From contig CM022679.1 of assembly GCA_012295275.1 (NCBI GenBank), forward strand, positions 27,156,001 through 27,220,000: a stretch of 64,000 nt of DNA. Direction: 5' to 3'. The position numbers and the translations under genes are program-made. The DNA is from Chrysomallon squamiferum (Eukaryota > Animalia > Mollusca). Shown here piece by piece: positions 45,400 through 58,845 of the stretch (positions are counted from its first letter, which is position 1; each line of letters starts with the position of its first letter). Below the pieces are notes generated by a model. The model was not told the origin of the DNA and made no database searches. It worked only from the letters and a program-made list of their open reading frames with translations.

Positions 45400-47090
45400 G
45401 TTATTAATGTGTACTTCATTTTACATAATAACACTGTTATTTACGTGTATTTCATATTTTATAATAACACTGTTATTTACGTGTATTTCATATTTATAAT
45501 AACACTGTTATTAATATGTACTTCATATTACATAATAACACTGTTATTTACGTGTATTTCATATTTATAATAACACTGTTATTAATATGTACTTCATATT
45601 ACATAATAACACTGTTATTTACGTGTATTTCATATTTTATAATAACACTGTTATTAACGTGTATTTCATATTTTATAATAACACTGTTATTAACGTGTAT
45701 TTCATATTTTATAATAACACTGTTATTTACGTGTATTTCATATTTTATAATAACACTGTTATTAGCGTGAATTTCATATTTTATAATAACACTGTTATTA
45801 ACGTGTATTTCATATTTATAATAACACTGTTATTTACGTGTATTTCATATTTATAATAACACTGTTATTAACGTGTATTTCATATTTTATAATAACACTG
45901 TTATTTACGTGTATTTCATATTTATAATAACACTGTTATTTACGTGTATTTCATATTTTATAATAACACTGTTATTTACGTGTATTTCATATTTTATAAT
46001 AACACTGTTATTTACGTGTATTTCATATTTATAATAACACTGTTATTTACGTGTATTTCATATTTTATAATAACACTGTTATTTACGTGTATTTCATATT
46101 TTATAATAACACTGTTATTTACGTGTATTTCATATTTTATAATAACACTGTTATTTACGTGTATTTCATATTTTATAATAACACTGTTATTTACGTGTAT
46201 TTCATATTTATAATAACACTGTTATTTACGTGTATTTCATATTTTATAATAACACTGTTATTTACGTGTATTTCATATTTTATAATAACACTGTTATTTA
46301 CGTGTATTTCATATTTATAATAACACTGTTATTTACGTGTATTTCATATTTTATAATAACACTGTTATTTACGTGTATTTCATATTTATAATAACACTGT
46401 TATTTACGTGTATTTCATATTTTATAATAACACTGTTATTTACGTGTATTTCATATTTTATAATAACACTGTTATTTACGTGTATTTCATATTTTATAAT
46501 AACACTGTTATTTACGTGTATTTCATATTTATAATAACACTGTTGTTAACGTGTATTTCATTCTTAATGATAAAAACCGTAATTTGTATTTTATAATATC
46601 TGTTAGTAAAATCTATTTCGTATTTTATAATATCCGTTATCAAAATGTATTTGGTATTTTATCATATCTGTTATTAAAATGTATTTCGTGTTTTATAATA
46701 TCTGTTATTAAAATGTATTTGGTATTTTATCATATCTGTTTTTAAAATGTATTTAGTATTTTATCATAACTTTTATTAAAAAGTATTTCGTATTTTATAA
46801 TATCTGTTATATAAATGTATTTTATAATATCTGTTATTAAAACGTATTTCGTATTTTATCATATCTGTTTTTAAAATGTAATTCATATTTTAAATATCTG
46901 TTATTAAAATGTATTTAGTATTTTATAATATCTGCTATTTAAAAGTATTTCGTGTTTTATCATAGCTGTTATTAAAATGTATTTAGTATTTTATAATATC
47001 TGCTATTTAAAAGTATTTCGTGTTTTATCATATCTGCTATTAAAATGTATTTCGTATTATATCATATCTATTTTTCACATGTGTTTTTCA
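45400..47090. repeat. 35/36-bp minisatellite (TTATAATAACACTGTTATTTACGTGTATTTCATATT)n with a diverged right flank
   Basis: About 30 near-perfect units at 45420-46560, then diverged units (ATATCTGTTATTAAAATGTATTTCGTATTTTATC) up to the acceptor at 47091. Confidence 0.95.
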
Positions 47091-47091
47091 G

Positions 47092-49186
47092 ATTCAGTCA
47101 GAGAACGCCCCTCCGTATGATCCAGGAATGCAACGGCTTCCACCACGGCAACCGCGAACCCTCGCTGGACGACATCAGAGAGGAGCAGGAGGAGGCGTTT
47201 GACTCCTCTGATAACTACAGCAGAACCCTGCCTTTTGTTCGACGGTCCAGGCTGTGCTCAGACGACAGAAGCGAGTACGAAGAGGCGAAAACCGTGTTCT
47301 CGTCGACGAAGAAGTTATTTTCGGGGAAGAAAAAGAAACGCAAGGAGATAAAGGAGAAACTGTCGACGGTTCAGGAGGACGACTCCTCGGACGAGAGGGC
47401 TCCTACGCCAGAAATCGATTACAGCTCCGACGAATCGGGAATCTCGGGCTTCGAAGGTCAGAACGGATTCAGTCTGTCGACGTCAGGGGACGCAACTCAT
47501 ATAAAGAGACTGTCGTGCGGGTCTTCCGACTCCGCTATGAGAGACTCGGATGGGAGTTCGTCGTTTTGTTCCGACGTGGACGCTGTCGTCACCACTGCAG
47601 AAATCCACGTCGAGGACAGTCAAGGGAAGAAACCGTCGGACGACGTAAGCGGTTACGAGAGTTCTCTCCCTTCGTCTCGAATGCCTCAGGATTCCGACAC
47701 GACGGCCATTTTCACGTTCGGCGAGACAACGGAAGATGGCATGTCGGAACGAGGCTCTGTACGGAAGTTTCCTCTTCCGGAAAGGCCGCCATGGAAGACG
47801 AAAGGTATAAACCACGTGAGAAAATTCAGTTCTTCCAGCGAAGAAGACGAGGAGGTCGTCCTCGTTCCAGTGCCCAACTTCCTTCAGGCTAAGAAAGAAA
47901 GCAAACCAAAACACACATCAACAACTGATAACCATGACGACGAACACCTCTACAGCGAAATAGGCCAAGTGTCAGAGAATGAAGTAGAGAAAAAAGTTTC
48001 TCAAGAAGCACCTGCACCACCAGCTAAGACGAAACAGTCAGACGTTTCTCATTCTTCGTCGTCATCTTCTTCGACTTCCGCGCCTGGTTTTAACTCCAGC
48101 AGTCTGGCTGACATTCTCAAACACAGCATCACAAACGGAACGTTCCAGAGACCAGGCAGGGGAATCCCGCCCGCGCACAACACGTGCAATCCTGTGTTCA
48201 GTTCGGAAAATATTGTCAAGGATCCCTCCACGTTAGAGCGCAGGCGACAAGAGTCAGTAGCCAAGAAAGACTCGACTGTTGCTGCTCCTGAACTGCAATC
48301 TAACAAAAACCATGAGAAACAGGAAAACAAGAAGACGGAGGAGCGATCGGGGAAGCAAGGGGGGAGACAGGAGAAACGAGAGAGAGAAGAAAAAGAAGAA
48401 AGACAAGACAAGCAAAAACGACAGGAAAGACAAGAGAAGGAGGAAGTACAGAAGATACTGGAGAAGCAGAAAGAAGAGAAAGAGAAGAAAGAAAAAGAAC
48501 AGAAGGAGAAACAAGAACGGAAAGAGAGACAAGAGAAGGAGAAACAAGAACGCAGGGAAAGACAGGAGATGATAAGAAAACAGGAAAAGCTCGAGAGCTC
48601 GGACTCGGATGAAGGAATCGGTAGTCATGACAACAGCGCAGAACACGTGGATCTCAAATCCGAGGAAACCGAAAGCAGCGAGCCGAAGAAACGAGGCCTG
48701 AAGATCAAAGAGCTGCAGGAAATCCTCATTAAGAAAGATCTGCCGTTTGCCAACCCGGCCCTGTTCATTGGCATGCAGGCTAAGAAGCAGGAGGCGAAGG
48801 AGGTGAAAAGGAACCCAGTGGTGACTTCGCAACCGCTGCGACCCAGGAGCGGGTCCCTCAGCGACACCGACACAGAAATCATCCTCAAACCGTCGGCCAT
48901 CGCCAATCCTAAACGCGCCGCGCCACCTATACCCAGCATCACGACTACAACCACCACTACGACAACGACAACGTCACATCTGGCTCCACCAGCACCTCCT
49001 CTCCCTCCTCCTTCCACTTTGCCGAAAGCGAACAGGAGTACTAAAAGAAAACTCCGCTCCGAAAATCACCATCAAGAGAGCAGAAAGTGTCTCAGAAAAA
49101 GTCTTAGCGACCACAACGAAACTGAACGACAAAAACGACGACCTCTGCTTCGACGAAGAAACCAGAGCAAGAATCTCGTCCATTAA
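47092..49186 (+). CDS. Large terminal coding exon of gene 1: disordered Ser/acidic-rich region, E/K/R/Q-rich charged helix, poly-Thr and Pro-rich segment (true stop may be 49259 in the +1 frame)
   Basis: About 700 stop-free codons at much higher GC than the flanks. Acceptor gtgtttttcag|A at 47091/47092 is in phase 2, matching 33963-34062. The ORF track's first residues (47045-47091) are intronic. Confidence 0.88.
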
Positions 49187-49519
49187 ATCCATGCTGCAGA
49201 GAGCGACCGTAGCCGAGAAGACAATGTCTCTACCGAGAAAAATATCTAGTGTGTCTTAAACCGAAGTATTAGTGTTTGTATTATTGTTTGTGTTGAGTTT
49301 ATATGCAGAAAAGCCATCGTATTTCAGAATAATGATAATAATGCAATGCCTCTGTTTGCTGTACAGAAGAATGTTATCAAGTGTCTGTTAGATCTGTCTG
49401 GTGTTACGGTTTTGTTATCTTCTTTTCGTTGTAATTGTCTACGTCTTCCACGTGACAGCCAGACAGATGATAACTCTGGAGAGTCTGTGGAGTGTTTTGA
49501 TGTTCGGTGATTCACACAG

Positions 49520-49870
49520 TAATGCAAATGGATTCATTCCACGATGCTACCTGATCCTTCAGTGATGATGCTATTTGATTCATTTCCAAATACTCGTTGA
49601 TTCGTTCGATGATGGTAAATGGATTATCCAGTGATGCTAATTGATTCGTTACCTAAAGCCAGATTGATTTTGTCTATGATGCCATTTGATTCATTCTGCG
49701 ATGCTAGAATTAATTATTTCAATAATCCTAATGAATCATTCAGTGGTTTCTTTCAACGGATTTCGATATTTGGATCCTTTATGGGGTCGTAATGAGATAG
49801 ATTCAAAGGACAGGAAAACAATACGTTGTTTTGATTCTGATTGTTTCCTGTGATTCTAAAATGGTCTCGT
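49520..49870. repeat. Degenerate ~22-24 bp tandem array in the presumed 3' UTR of gene 1
   Basis: Recurring GATGCTAWTTGATTCATT-like units. Confidence 0.55.
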
Positions 49871-50589
49871 AGTAATACATTCTGGAGATCAGTGGTGTTG
49901 TTTTGTTGTTTTTGTTTTCTTTTTTTCTTTTGTGTGTGTGTCTCTATATAAACCAGTAATACTGTGATTTGGTTCTGAGTAATGGTAACCTGTGATACAT
50001 TTTTGAGGAATATTTCTATGGAAGTAAGCACTGAAATATTATGAAGTATGGATTAAACTAATGGCTTAAACGACAATATGTAAGTTTTTTTCAAATACAG
50101 TGGAAGACAAATCGTAAATTCTTTATCAGTGATGGTCTATAGGAGGTTTTCTTTAAGAAAGATAAAAAGATAAATAAAAAACTCTCAGCGTGCTGCAGAA
50201 TTCACAATGCGACTAATGTCTGAAAATTCAGTTTCTCGTTCAAACGTATTTCTATACAAATATTTCCATTTAATTTTCTCCATGAAAATAAAAATACAAG
50301 CTGCTGTTAAGCATCCTGATTCAGTACGTTAATTAAAAATACTCGTAAGATGAAATTATTTCACGATCTTGTATTGGCTGAATCTTTTAATCCAAACCTG
50401 TCTTTTTGTGTCCAGTGAGTGCTGCTTAGAAATTCTCTCGCCTTTTATATAGTATTATTTTATTGGGTTCATGAAGTTTGCCATGTGCTTTGGTGTGGTT
50501 TGTATTTATAAATATTTATACTGATATTAAATTGACTAGTGTCTGCTTTCCGTAGTCTTGGTTTACATTGAATGTCTATGCAATATGTT

Positions 50590-51370
50590 ACGTCACTGGA
50601 ATAATCTGTTTTATACCTAAAGCTTTGATGTAATACACAAACGAAATACTCGTGAGGTTCGGATATCAGGATGCAGTAATACAACATCACTGTAATGTAT
50701 ATAATTTGATCCTAAAGCTTTCATGCAGTATATCTTAAGATTGCAATACACTATCCAAAGCTTAAAGCTTTGATGAGATATAATCATATATCTGGAACAT
50801 TATGAATAATGCTAAATGCTAAATGCTTTGATGAAACATATCATATAACTGGAATACTCTTTTAAATCTATAAAGCATTGATGCAGTATATCATCATTCG
50901 ACTGGAATACTCTGTGAAATGCTTAAAGCTTTGATGCAGTATATCATACGACTAGAATACTTTATACACTATCACTATTCTGAATATTTGGATACTGTTA
51001 CTTCACATCAATACACAACACAAGCAGTATGCTTAAAGTTTTGACGCAGAATATTATGATTCAGCAGCCCTGGAACAGGCTACGCAACAAACGCTACGGA
51101 ACTGAAATACTCTATATAAATCTGAAAGCTTTGGGAGTAACATATGTTACATTAATAAAATCCCCTATAAATATTCTAAACCCAATTTTTTTGAAAGCAA
51201 TAATCTCTTCAAAAATTATAAATAATTTTAATGCCTAAGCTTTGCATGCACCATATATATTGCGTCACTGGAATATTCTAGGCTCTATAAATTACCTGCT
51301 TAACACTTTGAATAGTGTAGTGACTGGAATATATTTCTTGAATTTAATGTTTAAACCTTTGAGTTTATAA
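50590..51370. repeat. Degenerate ~55-60 bp tandem array in the presumed 3' UTR of gene 1
   Basis: About a dozen recurrences of TAAAGCTTTGATGCAGTATATCAT...ACTGGAATACT. Confidence 0.75.
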
Positions 51371-53344
51371 AAGCCTTCGAATCTGTATAGAAAAGTGATC
51401 GTCTAAAACTTGCAATGACTCTATGAAACCAATGACTTACTTCTTTAGAAGCCGCTTGTGTGTTTTGTTTCAAATAATGACGTCTGTGTCTCTCAAATTA
51501 ACTGTCTCTAATTTTAAACATTTGTTGTGTGTTTAATCTAAAATGAAACAATTATACAACATAAAATGACCACAAAACTGATACATTTTTTGTTCCATAT
51601 CACGTTGATTGTTACGTTTATTAGAAATGATAAAATGATGAAAATAAATTTATGAAAATTTTATGTACTGTTATAAAACGAAGAAAAACTATACGTTATA
51701 AAATGTTGAAATGTTACAATCTTCTATTAAATATAATGAAGTGTTTGTTACCTTATCAAATGTTGAAATGTTGTTACCACATGTTGAAATGTTACATCTT
51801 GTTAATAAAAGCTGAAATGTTCAGCAAGATTATAAATGTTGAAAAATCGTGTTAAGTCATCAAATGTTGAAATGTTGAAATGTGATGTTCTTATAAATTG
51901 AAGTATTACCCAATATTATTAAACGTATCTAATTTAGCAAATTGCTATCTAACGTTGAAAATGTTACCAAATATCAGTATGTATGCTTGAACCCATGAAA
52001 GGTCGTTTATCCTAATATTTGTATGACTGAAATCTTATTTGAACTATATGTTCATTGTCAGAGCGCATTTTATCATATATTTTAAACTGAACTCAAAATA
52101 CCATTTTCATTTTTTATAAATTTACCGAGAAAACGATATAATAAATTTAAAATCTAATTAGACTATGCAGAATAACAATTTATTATTGTAATGTATAGAA
52201 CTAACATAAAACACTGTTTTTCATTGGTTAATTTCGATCATATGATTGATTGCTAAAAATAATAACACGTGACCAGAACACGAGATGGATTTTCTGGCTC
52301 TTAGCCTCGTGTATGGTATTTCCGATAGTGTCGTATTTCCGTTTAACGTCTTTATATTTATTTGATGTACTGTTTTTATGTATGTATTTTATTGTTGTGT
52401 AAATACATTTGTAAATAATGAAATACTGCTGCATTATAAATATCACAACGTCTTATGTTTAGCGCTTCCATTAAAACAAGGGAAAGAGGGAAAATTTAAA
52501 AATAAATATTATTGCATAAAAGCAAAACGAAAGTGAAAATAGAAATTTTTAAGAGGTAAGTATCGTTATGTAAATTATGCCTGACGCCATAAAAGCAATA
52601 CGAAAGCGAAAGCAGTATAAAAAGTAAATAATTATTATGAAAATTTAAACAAAACTGAAAGTACAAATAAAAGTAGAAATTACATCGTTTATTTTAAGAA
52701 TATTAACGGTAACACTAAAGAAAAACGAAAATATAATGAAAAATTAATAATGAAATAAAACAATAATAATAAATAAATATACATCCTAACATGTAAATAC
52801 AATTATTCATGACTTAAAATATTTATATTTGTCATCTGAAAGTAAAACGAAAGTGAAAATACAGCAAATATATACATGACATGTTTAAAACAGAACAGCT
52901 GGACTAAACATTTTCAGTTACAGATTTAAAGTATTCAATGTAACTGGTTATTTAATGATTCGGAAACATTTTCATGGATATATATACATATAAACATAGA
53001 GATAACCACGCATTATCTCTCTTTCTCTCGGTCTCTCTACTTGTATGTATGTAATACACAGACACACAGACACATATATTCACATATAAACATGGTAACA
53101 GTTTTAACACGAGTCCTAATTCGTATCATATTACTGCTGTGCAAGATCTCATTTTGTGTCAGATTTTAAAAATGTGTTTTGAAACGAAAAGAGAAATAAC
53201 TCTATTAACGTGTTTGTCTTCCAGTATTTATATTTGTTAATGTACAATTTGGATTATTATTCTTTGCAAATATACAGTCTTACTTTAATAATAATGCATG
53301 CATGCATACACACACGTACATACATACATACATACATACATACA

Positions 53345-53376
<32 letters not shown>

Positions 53377-53408
53377 CATACAAACATACACACACACACA
53401 ACATGCAA

Positions 53409-53489
<81 letters not shown>

Positions 53490-53893
53490 TTATTATATAT
53501 ATATTTCCCCAAAATACCAGTTTTTTGTTTTTTATTTATTAATAAATAAATTCAAGCTATGCAATAAATTAGAATTCACTTATAATAGATTAAAATTTAT
53601 AAACAATAGATAAAAATACACGGAAAATATTATTTTGTTACTGTCTGTGTATGTACATATATAATATGCTGAATAGTATATGTATATAATAAAGCTAAGA
53701 ATGGATGTACATAATGCTAATGTGTGTAATGTTGCTTTATTATGTGATAAAAGAGATATATTTATTCTAATTTTGTAAAAACTGCTTTGCATCAAATAAA
53801 CTATTTAACCGAAAATACGTGTTTGTATTTTTGCTTTTTGTTTGGTTGTTGTTGTTGTTTTTTGTTTGTTTTTATGGTTGTTTTGGGGTTTTT

Positions 53894-53925
<32 letters not shown>

Positions 53926-54719
53926 CTTGTGAAATACACAGTGCCACCGTTTGTTTGTTTGTTTGTTTTGCGTATTTTTTTAACCTCTCTCATATCGCCA
54001 TTATATGTGTGTGTGCGTGCGTGCGTGCGTGCGTGTGTGTGTGCGTGTGTCAGCATTAACACACAGAAAAAGAAATCACAGAAATCTGCACGTTCATTTA
54101 CGTACATCCATATGTAGGAACCTATGTATGTATGTGAACTGTTTGTTATTTTTAAATACTTTTTTGTTGTTGTTGTTTTTTTTGTAGCTGTTTTATTTTG
54201 TATTTTGTGGTCTTTATTTTATTTTTTTTTTTTTTTATTATTATTATTTTATTATTTTTTTTTTTTAAATCAATACCAATGAAGTTTTTAATGAATATTG
54301 ATAATTTGGAAAATTAAAACGTTGTTTATATAATTATCTGTATTATTGATTTGCTAAATTCATCGATATTCGGCACAGACCTACATATGTTATTAGAAAG
54401 TTAAATTTCGACACACAAAGCATGTTAAAACTTCAAACAATACTGCTGCTGCTGTATCCATCGATTTTCATAGATTTTTACAATAGTAAATTGTTTTTAA
54501 ATACGTTCTATAACTCTGAGATCAAACTGATGAAATAATCATTGACGAAAGAAACTAAGCTGCCAACTAGTTTGTTGTTTATGAAATACAACATAAATTT
54601 TACATCTATTTCTCTCATTACAAATGAAAATAAAAAAATAAAATAAAATAAAATAAAATGAAAAAATAAATGAAAAAATAAATAAATAAATAAATAAATA
54701 AATAAAGTTAAATTAATAA

Positions 54720-54762
<43 letters not shown>

Positions 54763-55059
54763 AATATATTGGCATGAGGAAAAAGGCCTCCTATATTAAG
54801 CAAACCACTCAGTTCATATACATTGTTTCTGTTTCTTTTTTTTTTTTTACTTTAGACATTCTATCTTTGTTTTTGTTTTTTTGTTTTTTTATTAAGAATC
54901 AATGTAATTTTATATCTTGCATCTGTGTATCAGGTTTTTTGTTGTTGTTTTTTCTTTCTCTCTCTCTGTCTCACAAAAACGTTCATTTTACAAAATCTCA
55001 GTCAATTAATTATTCAATAACGCGGTCACATCTGTTAGATAACGATCTCAAAAATCTAT

Positions 55060-55290
55060 AAAGACTGAGTCAGCGTAAAACTCGATAAAAAAAAAAGTAA
55101 TAATAAAATAAAAAATCTCCGAAATGTAACATTCACACGGGTTTGAGCTGGCGGGAAAGATCGTCTGCGGAATGCCAGTGTTGACAGATGTTAGGTTTGC
55201 AGAGTAACTGTGTTCGTCTGCCGCTGTCATGTTTAACCACTGCTCTAGAACAGTGTAAACACGTTTCCCAGACGATCTAGAGGTAAGCGG
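55060..55290 (+). promoter_or_regulatory. Candidate promoter / non-coding first exon of gene 2
   Basis: CpG-containing island with TGAGTCA, an E2F-like TGGCGGGAAA and GTAAACA, ending in a good donor GAG|gtaagc at 55282/55283. Confidence 0.35.
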
Positions 55291-56509
55291 TATTTACTTA
55301 CTTAAAACTACACATTCTATATACATAGATACAGCTCAGAGTTACTGTTATATATCAAATTACTGTTTTATATATATATTTTATATAGGCTGTTAAATAT
55401 ATATACATATATCACACTTATATTATATATTTACATATATAATGTCTAATTATTATTAGCCGTTGTATACATTTGCGTATATCTCACATACGTGTTGTAG
55501 TAAATATAATTAAATAAAAAAAAAAACGTTTTGATGCTGAATCAGTTTGAGTTTGGAACAGTTGAGAAGCAATGAGAACCAGATGACATCATCTGAGTCG
55601 GGTCGGGAATTTTTTTTTTTTTCAGTCAGCGTGTTTGAGCGGGAATGTCTTAGTGACCCGATTTCCTTATCAGACTGTTGTTACCTTTAGATATTCATCC
55701 CAAAACATGCACGCAAACATGCACACGCAAACATACGAATATACCCCAAAACTATATATACAGATAATTAAAACACAGTTATTTGCAGAAGTGCCAACAC
55801 ATACGTAAACGTATATATATATATATATATGTAAGCACGTATATATATATATATATAACTTTAAACAGAATAATCTTTAAACTGAAAGGAATTTCGTACA
55901 GAATTCCCAGTTACATCTTCATCTATGCAAGCATTATGCAACAGATTATTAAAATAGCTGAAGGTTAACCTTCTGGCAGACCAGCTAGGTGATAGTTAAA
56001 GTGTGTGACGGATCAAACTGCCAGTAATTAGAGTGAATATAACAACGAAGACAGAAGCTTCTGTAAATGAATGACACACACACACACACATATACATAAC
56101 ACATACGTGAGTACGTTATATAAGTAATATAAGTACACGAGCAGGAAATACGTGGGTAGAAGCTGAAAGCTGAAGCGATTTACTTGAATGCACTCGTCTG
56201 TTAACTTCTAGTAGTTATTTTTATACTCAGCAACAAACTGGAATGTCGTGATACCCATCTTTTTTTGTTTGTTAGCAAAGCGAGGTTACGTGCGGGCGCT
56301 TGCCAATTTCACTGGAGTCGTTTTACATGTATTTTATGTCTTGTGTTTTAAATGCTGTTTTAATCGTGTTGGTTTTTTTTTTTATGTGCATTAGTTAGCT
56401 TGTTGTTTTTGTGAATGTTTTTAATTATGTAGGTGCATGCGCAGTTGTTGGTTTTCAGAATGGTAGAGAGGGTGAGTATAAATAGATACAGAGATTAAAG
56501 ATAGGTAGG

Positions 56510-56551
<42 letters not shown>

Positions 56552-56916
56552 GTAATCAGGCAGATGAGATAGATGGATAGACAGATAGATATAGATAGAA
56601 AGACAGATAGACAGACATACAGAAATAGATAGATATAGAGATAGATAGATAGATAAATAGATAGAGAGACAGTGAGTAGATGGATAGACAGAGATAAAAG
56701 AAAAAATAGATTAATGGGACAGGTTAGAGATGAAATGAACTGGACAGACAGACAGAGAGAGACAAACAGACAGACAAAAGGTTAAAGAGAAAAGTTTTAT
56801 AAAATGGAACAGATTAAGATGAAATAATTTTTATATATATATATATAGGTTAAAAAAAAAAAGTTTTAGAAATAACAGACAATATACATTTTATATATAT
56901 ATATATATAAAGCCAG

Positions 56917-56970
<54 letters not shown>

Positions 56971-57110
56971 ATCTCTTTCACCGCTTCCCACTTTCCACTG
57001 TGTTACTGTAATCTATGAAAACCGAGAAGCCAGACAAAGGTATAAATTATCACCCAGTGGCGGTATTTGATCGTCGTCTGCTCCAGTTTTGTACAGTGTA
57101 GCATACAGAA

Positions 57111-57187
57111 GGCTATAAAATAAATTCCATTGTATTCGAGCGGAGTAACTCCACCTTCACGTGACCTTTATCTGAAGACTGGTAACG
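57111..57187 (+). promoter_or_regulatory. Second candidate promoter for gene 2 (TATA box and short first exon)
   Basis: GGCTATAAAA at 57111-57120, TCACGTGAC near 57157, donor CTG|gtaacg at 57181/57182. Confidence 0.3.
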
Positions 57188-57654
57188 TGTTCATTTAACC
57201 ACTGGTAAATGCCGTTAATTTTCGTGTTTCGCTTCAGAATTTCCTCATTTTAATTTTTCAAAATATTTAATAAGCACATATCTTGTTTGTTGGTTCAAGG
57301 CCTCTCTCAGACATCTGTTATTGATTTATATTAAATAGCATTCATGCCGTTTGATTTGTTTTTAATTGAAAATATAAATCGACTGTTAATGTTTTGTTCA
57401 CAACAATTTCAGTAACGTCTATTAAAGTCAGCCATGACTTTTTGAAAAACAAAATTATCGATTTTTCCAAAATTGTTTTATGTTATGTTATGTTATTTAT
57501 TTATAGTTGTTGTTGTTGTTGAAACTGTTGATGTAAAGAATACATTACGTAGAAAGTATTATGTAAACAATATATCACATATAAAGTATATGTAAATATG
57601 TTACGGTTATATTAAGCAGAAATACATTTCAACACACTGTAGACATTTTCTTAT

Positions 57655-57775
57655 CCTTTAGCAATAATTAATCATTAATACACACCTTCTCATAAACAGG
57701 GACATATAAATCATGGCAGTCTGACTGGAATGGGAAATAACCCAGCTGTCGCGCTAAGAAGATATGATCCTGCAG
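57655..57775 (-). mobile_element. Decayed SINE fragment, reverse orientation
   Basis: TTAGCAAT...CACCTTCTCATAAACAGG...CTGACTGGAATGGGAAATAACCCAG...GATCCTGC resembles the reverse complement of the same recalled SINE. Confidence 0.35.
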
Positions 57776-58019
57776 TATTTCATACTGCAGTTCTTAGCTG
57801 AAACGATTGAATGACCAAAAGTCTTCCCAGACCGGGATCACAAATGTGATCGATTTGTTTGTTTTTGTTAGATTTTTTGTTAATAAATAAATAATAAAGA
57901 CGCCATTTGCACACATGAAAGGAAACATACATGGATTCAGCACTGAATAATAAGAAATAATAATAATAATATATTACTACTACTACTACTACTACCACTA
58001 CCACTACTACTACTACTAC

Positions 58020-58139
<120 letters not shown>

Positions 58140-58561
58140 ATTTAAAAAAAAGAATGCCCTGAAAAGTGATTCTCTAAACTGAATTAAGAAAAAAAAAAAA
58201 AAAGAAAGAAACAGGTTTTAAATATCCTAATATCATTACTTGATTATCGGTCATCCCTTAAAATGTTAAAGATCGTTATTTATACGTATTTGGAATGTTT
58301 GTAACAGATGAAGTGATCAAAATATCACATATTTGACATTTGACATTTGACCGAGTTCCGTAGATAGTTCTGTGAAGAGTATTCCATAACAAGTTACTCC
58401 ATACCTATGTCATCTAATCTTACACGTATATCTCTGTATCAGCATGTATAATCTGTTTATTATATTATCATTTTTGTCAAAACTGGATTCTGTAGTTCGG
58501 TATGGTGTTAATATTGGTATGTATATATATATATATGTAAATAGGTAAGTAGGAAGGTAGA

Positions 58562-58599
<38 letters not shown>

Positions 58600-58718
58600 G
58601 GTATTAAAATAGGTACGTACGTTGCAAGTTAGGTAGTTAGATAAGTAGGTATCAATATGATTGCATAATTTTAAGGATGCATTTTCGTTCAAATCTCTAT
58701 GCATTTGTCCACAAAGAC

Positions 58719-58756
<38 letters not shown>

Positions 58757-58814
58757 TTTTCTTTATTTATATAGAATATGACGCACCTTGAACAAGTCTA
58801 ATGACAGATGATTC

Positions 58815-58845
58815 ATGATGGGGAAAGACAAAGATAAAAAACCTC
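58815..58845 (+). CDS. First coding exon of gene 2 (uncharacterised 224-aa protein)
   Basis: Exon acceptor tatttatatag| at 58774/58775, ATG ATG at 58815, reads MMGKDKDKKP, donor C|gtaagt in phase 1 matching the next exon. Confidence 0.7.

Noticed and set aside
45364-46745. Repetitive ORFs (YFIFYNNTVIYV...)
   Set aside because: Translations of the 36-bp minisatellite that shift frame with each 35-bp unit.
47254-49192. Overlapping ORFs on both strands inside the large exon
   Set aside because: They are shadows of a GC-richer coding exon. Only the +1 frame at the 3' end was kept as a finding.
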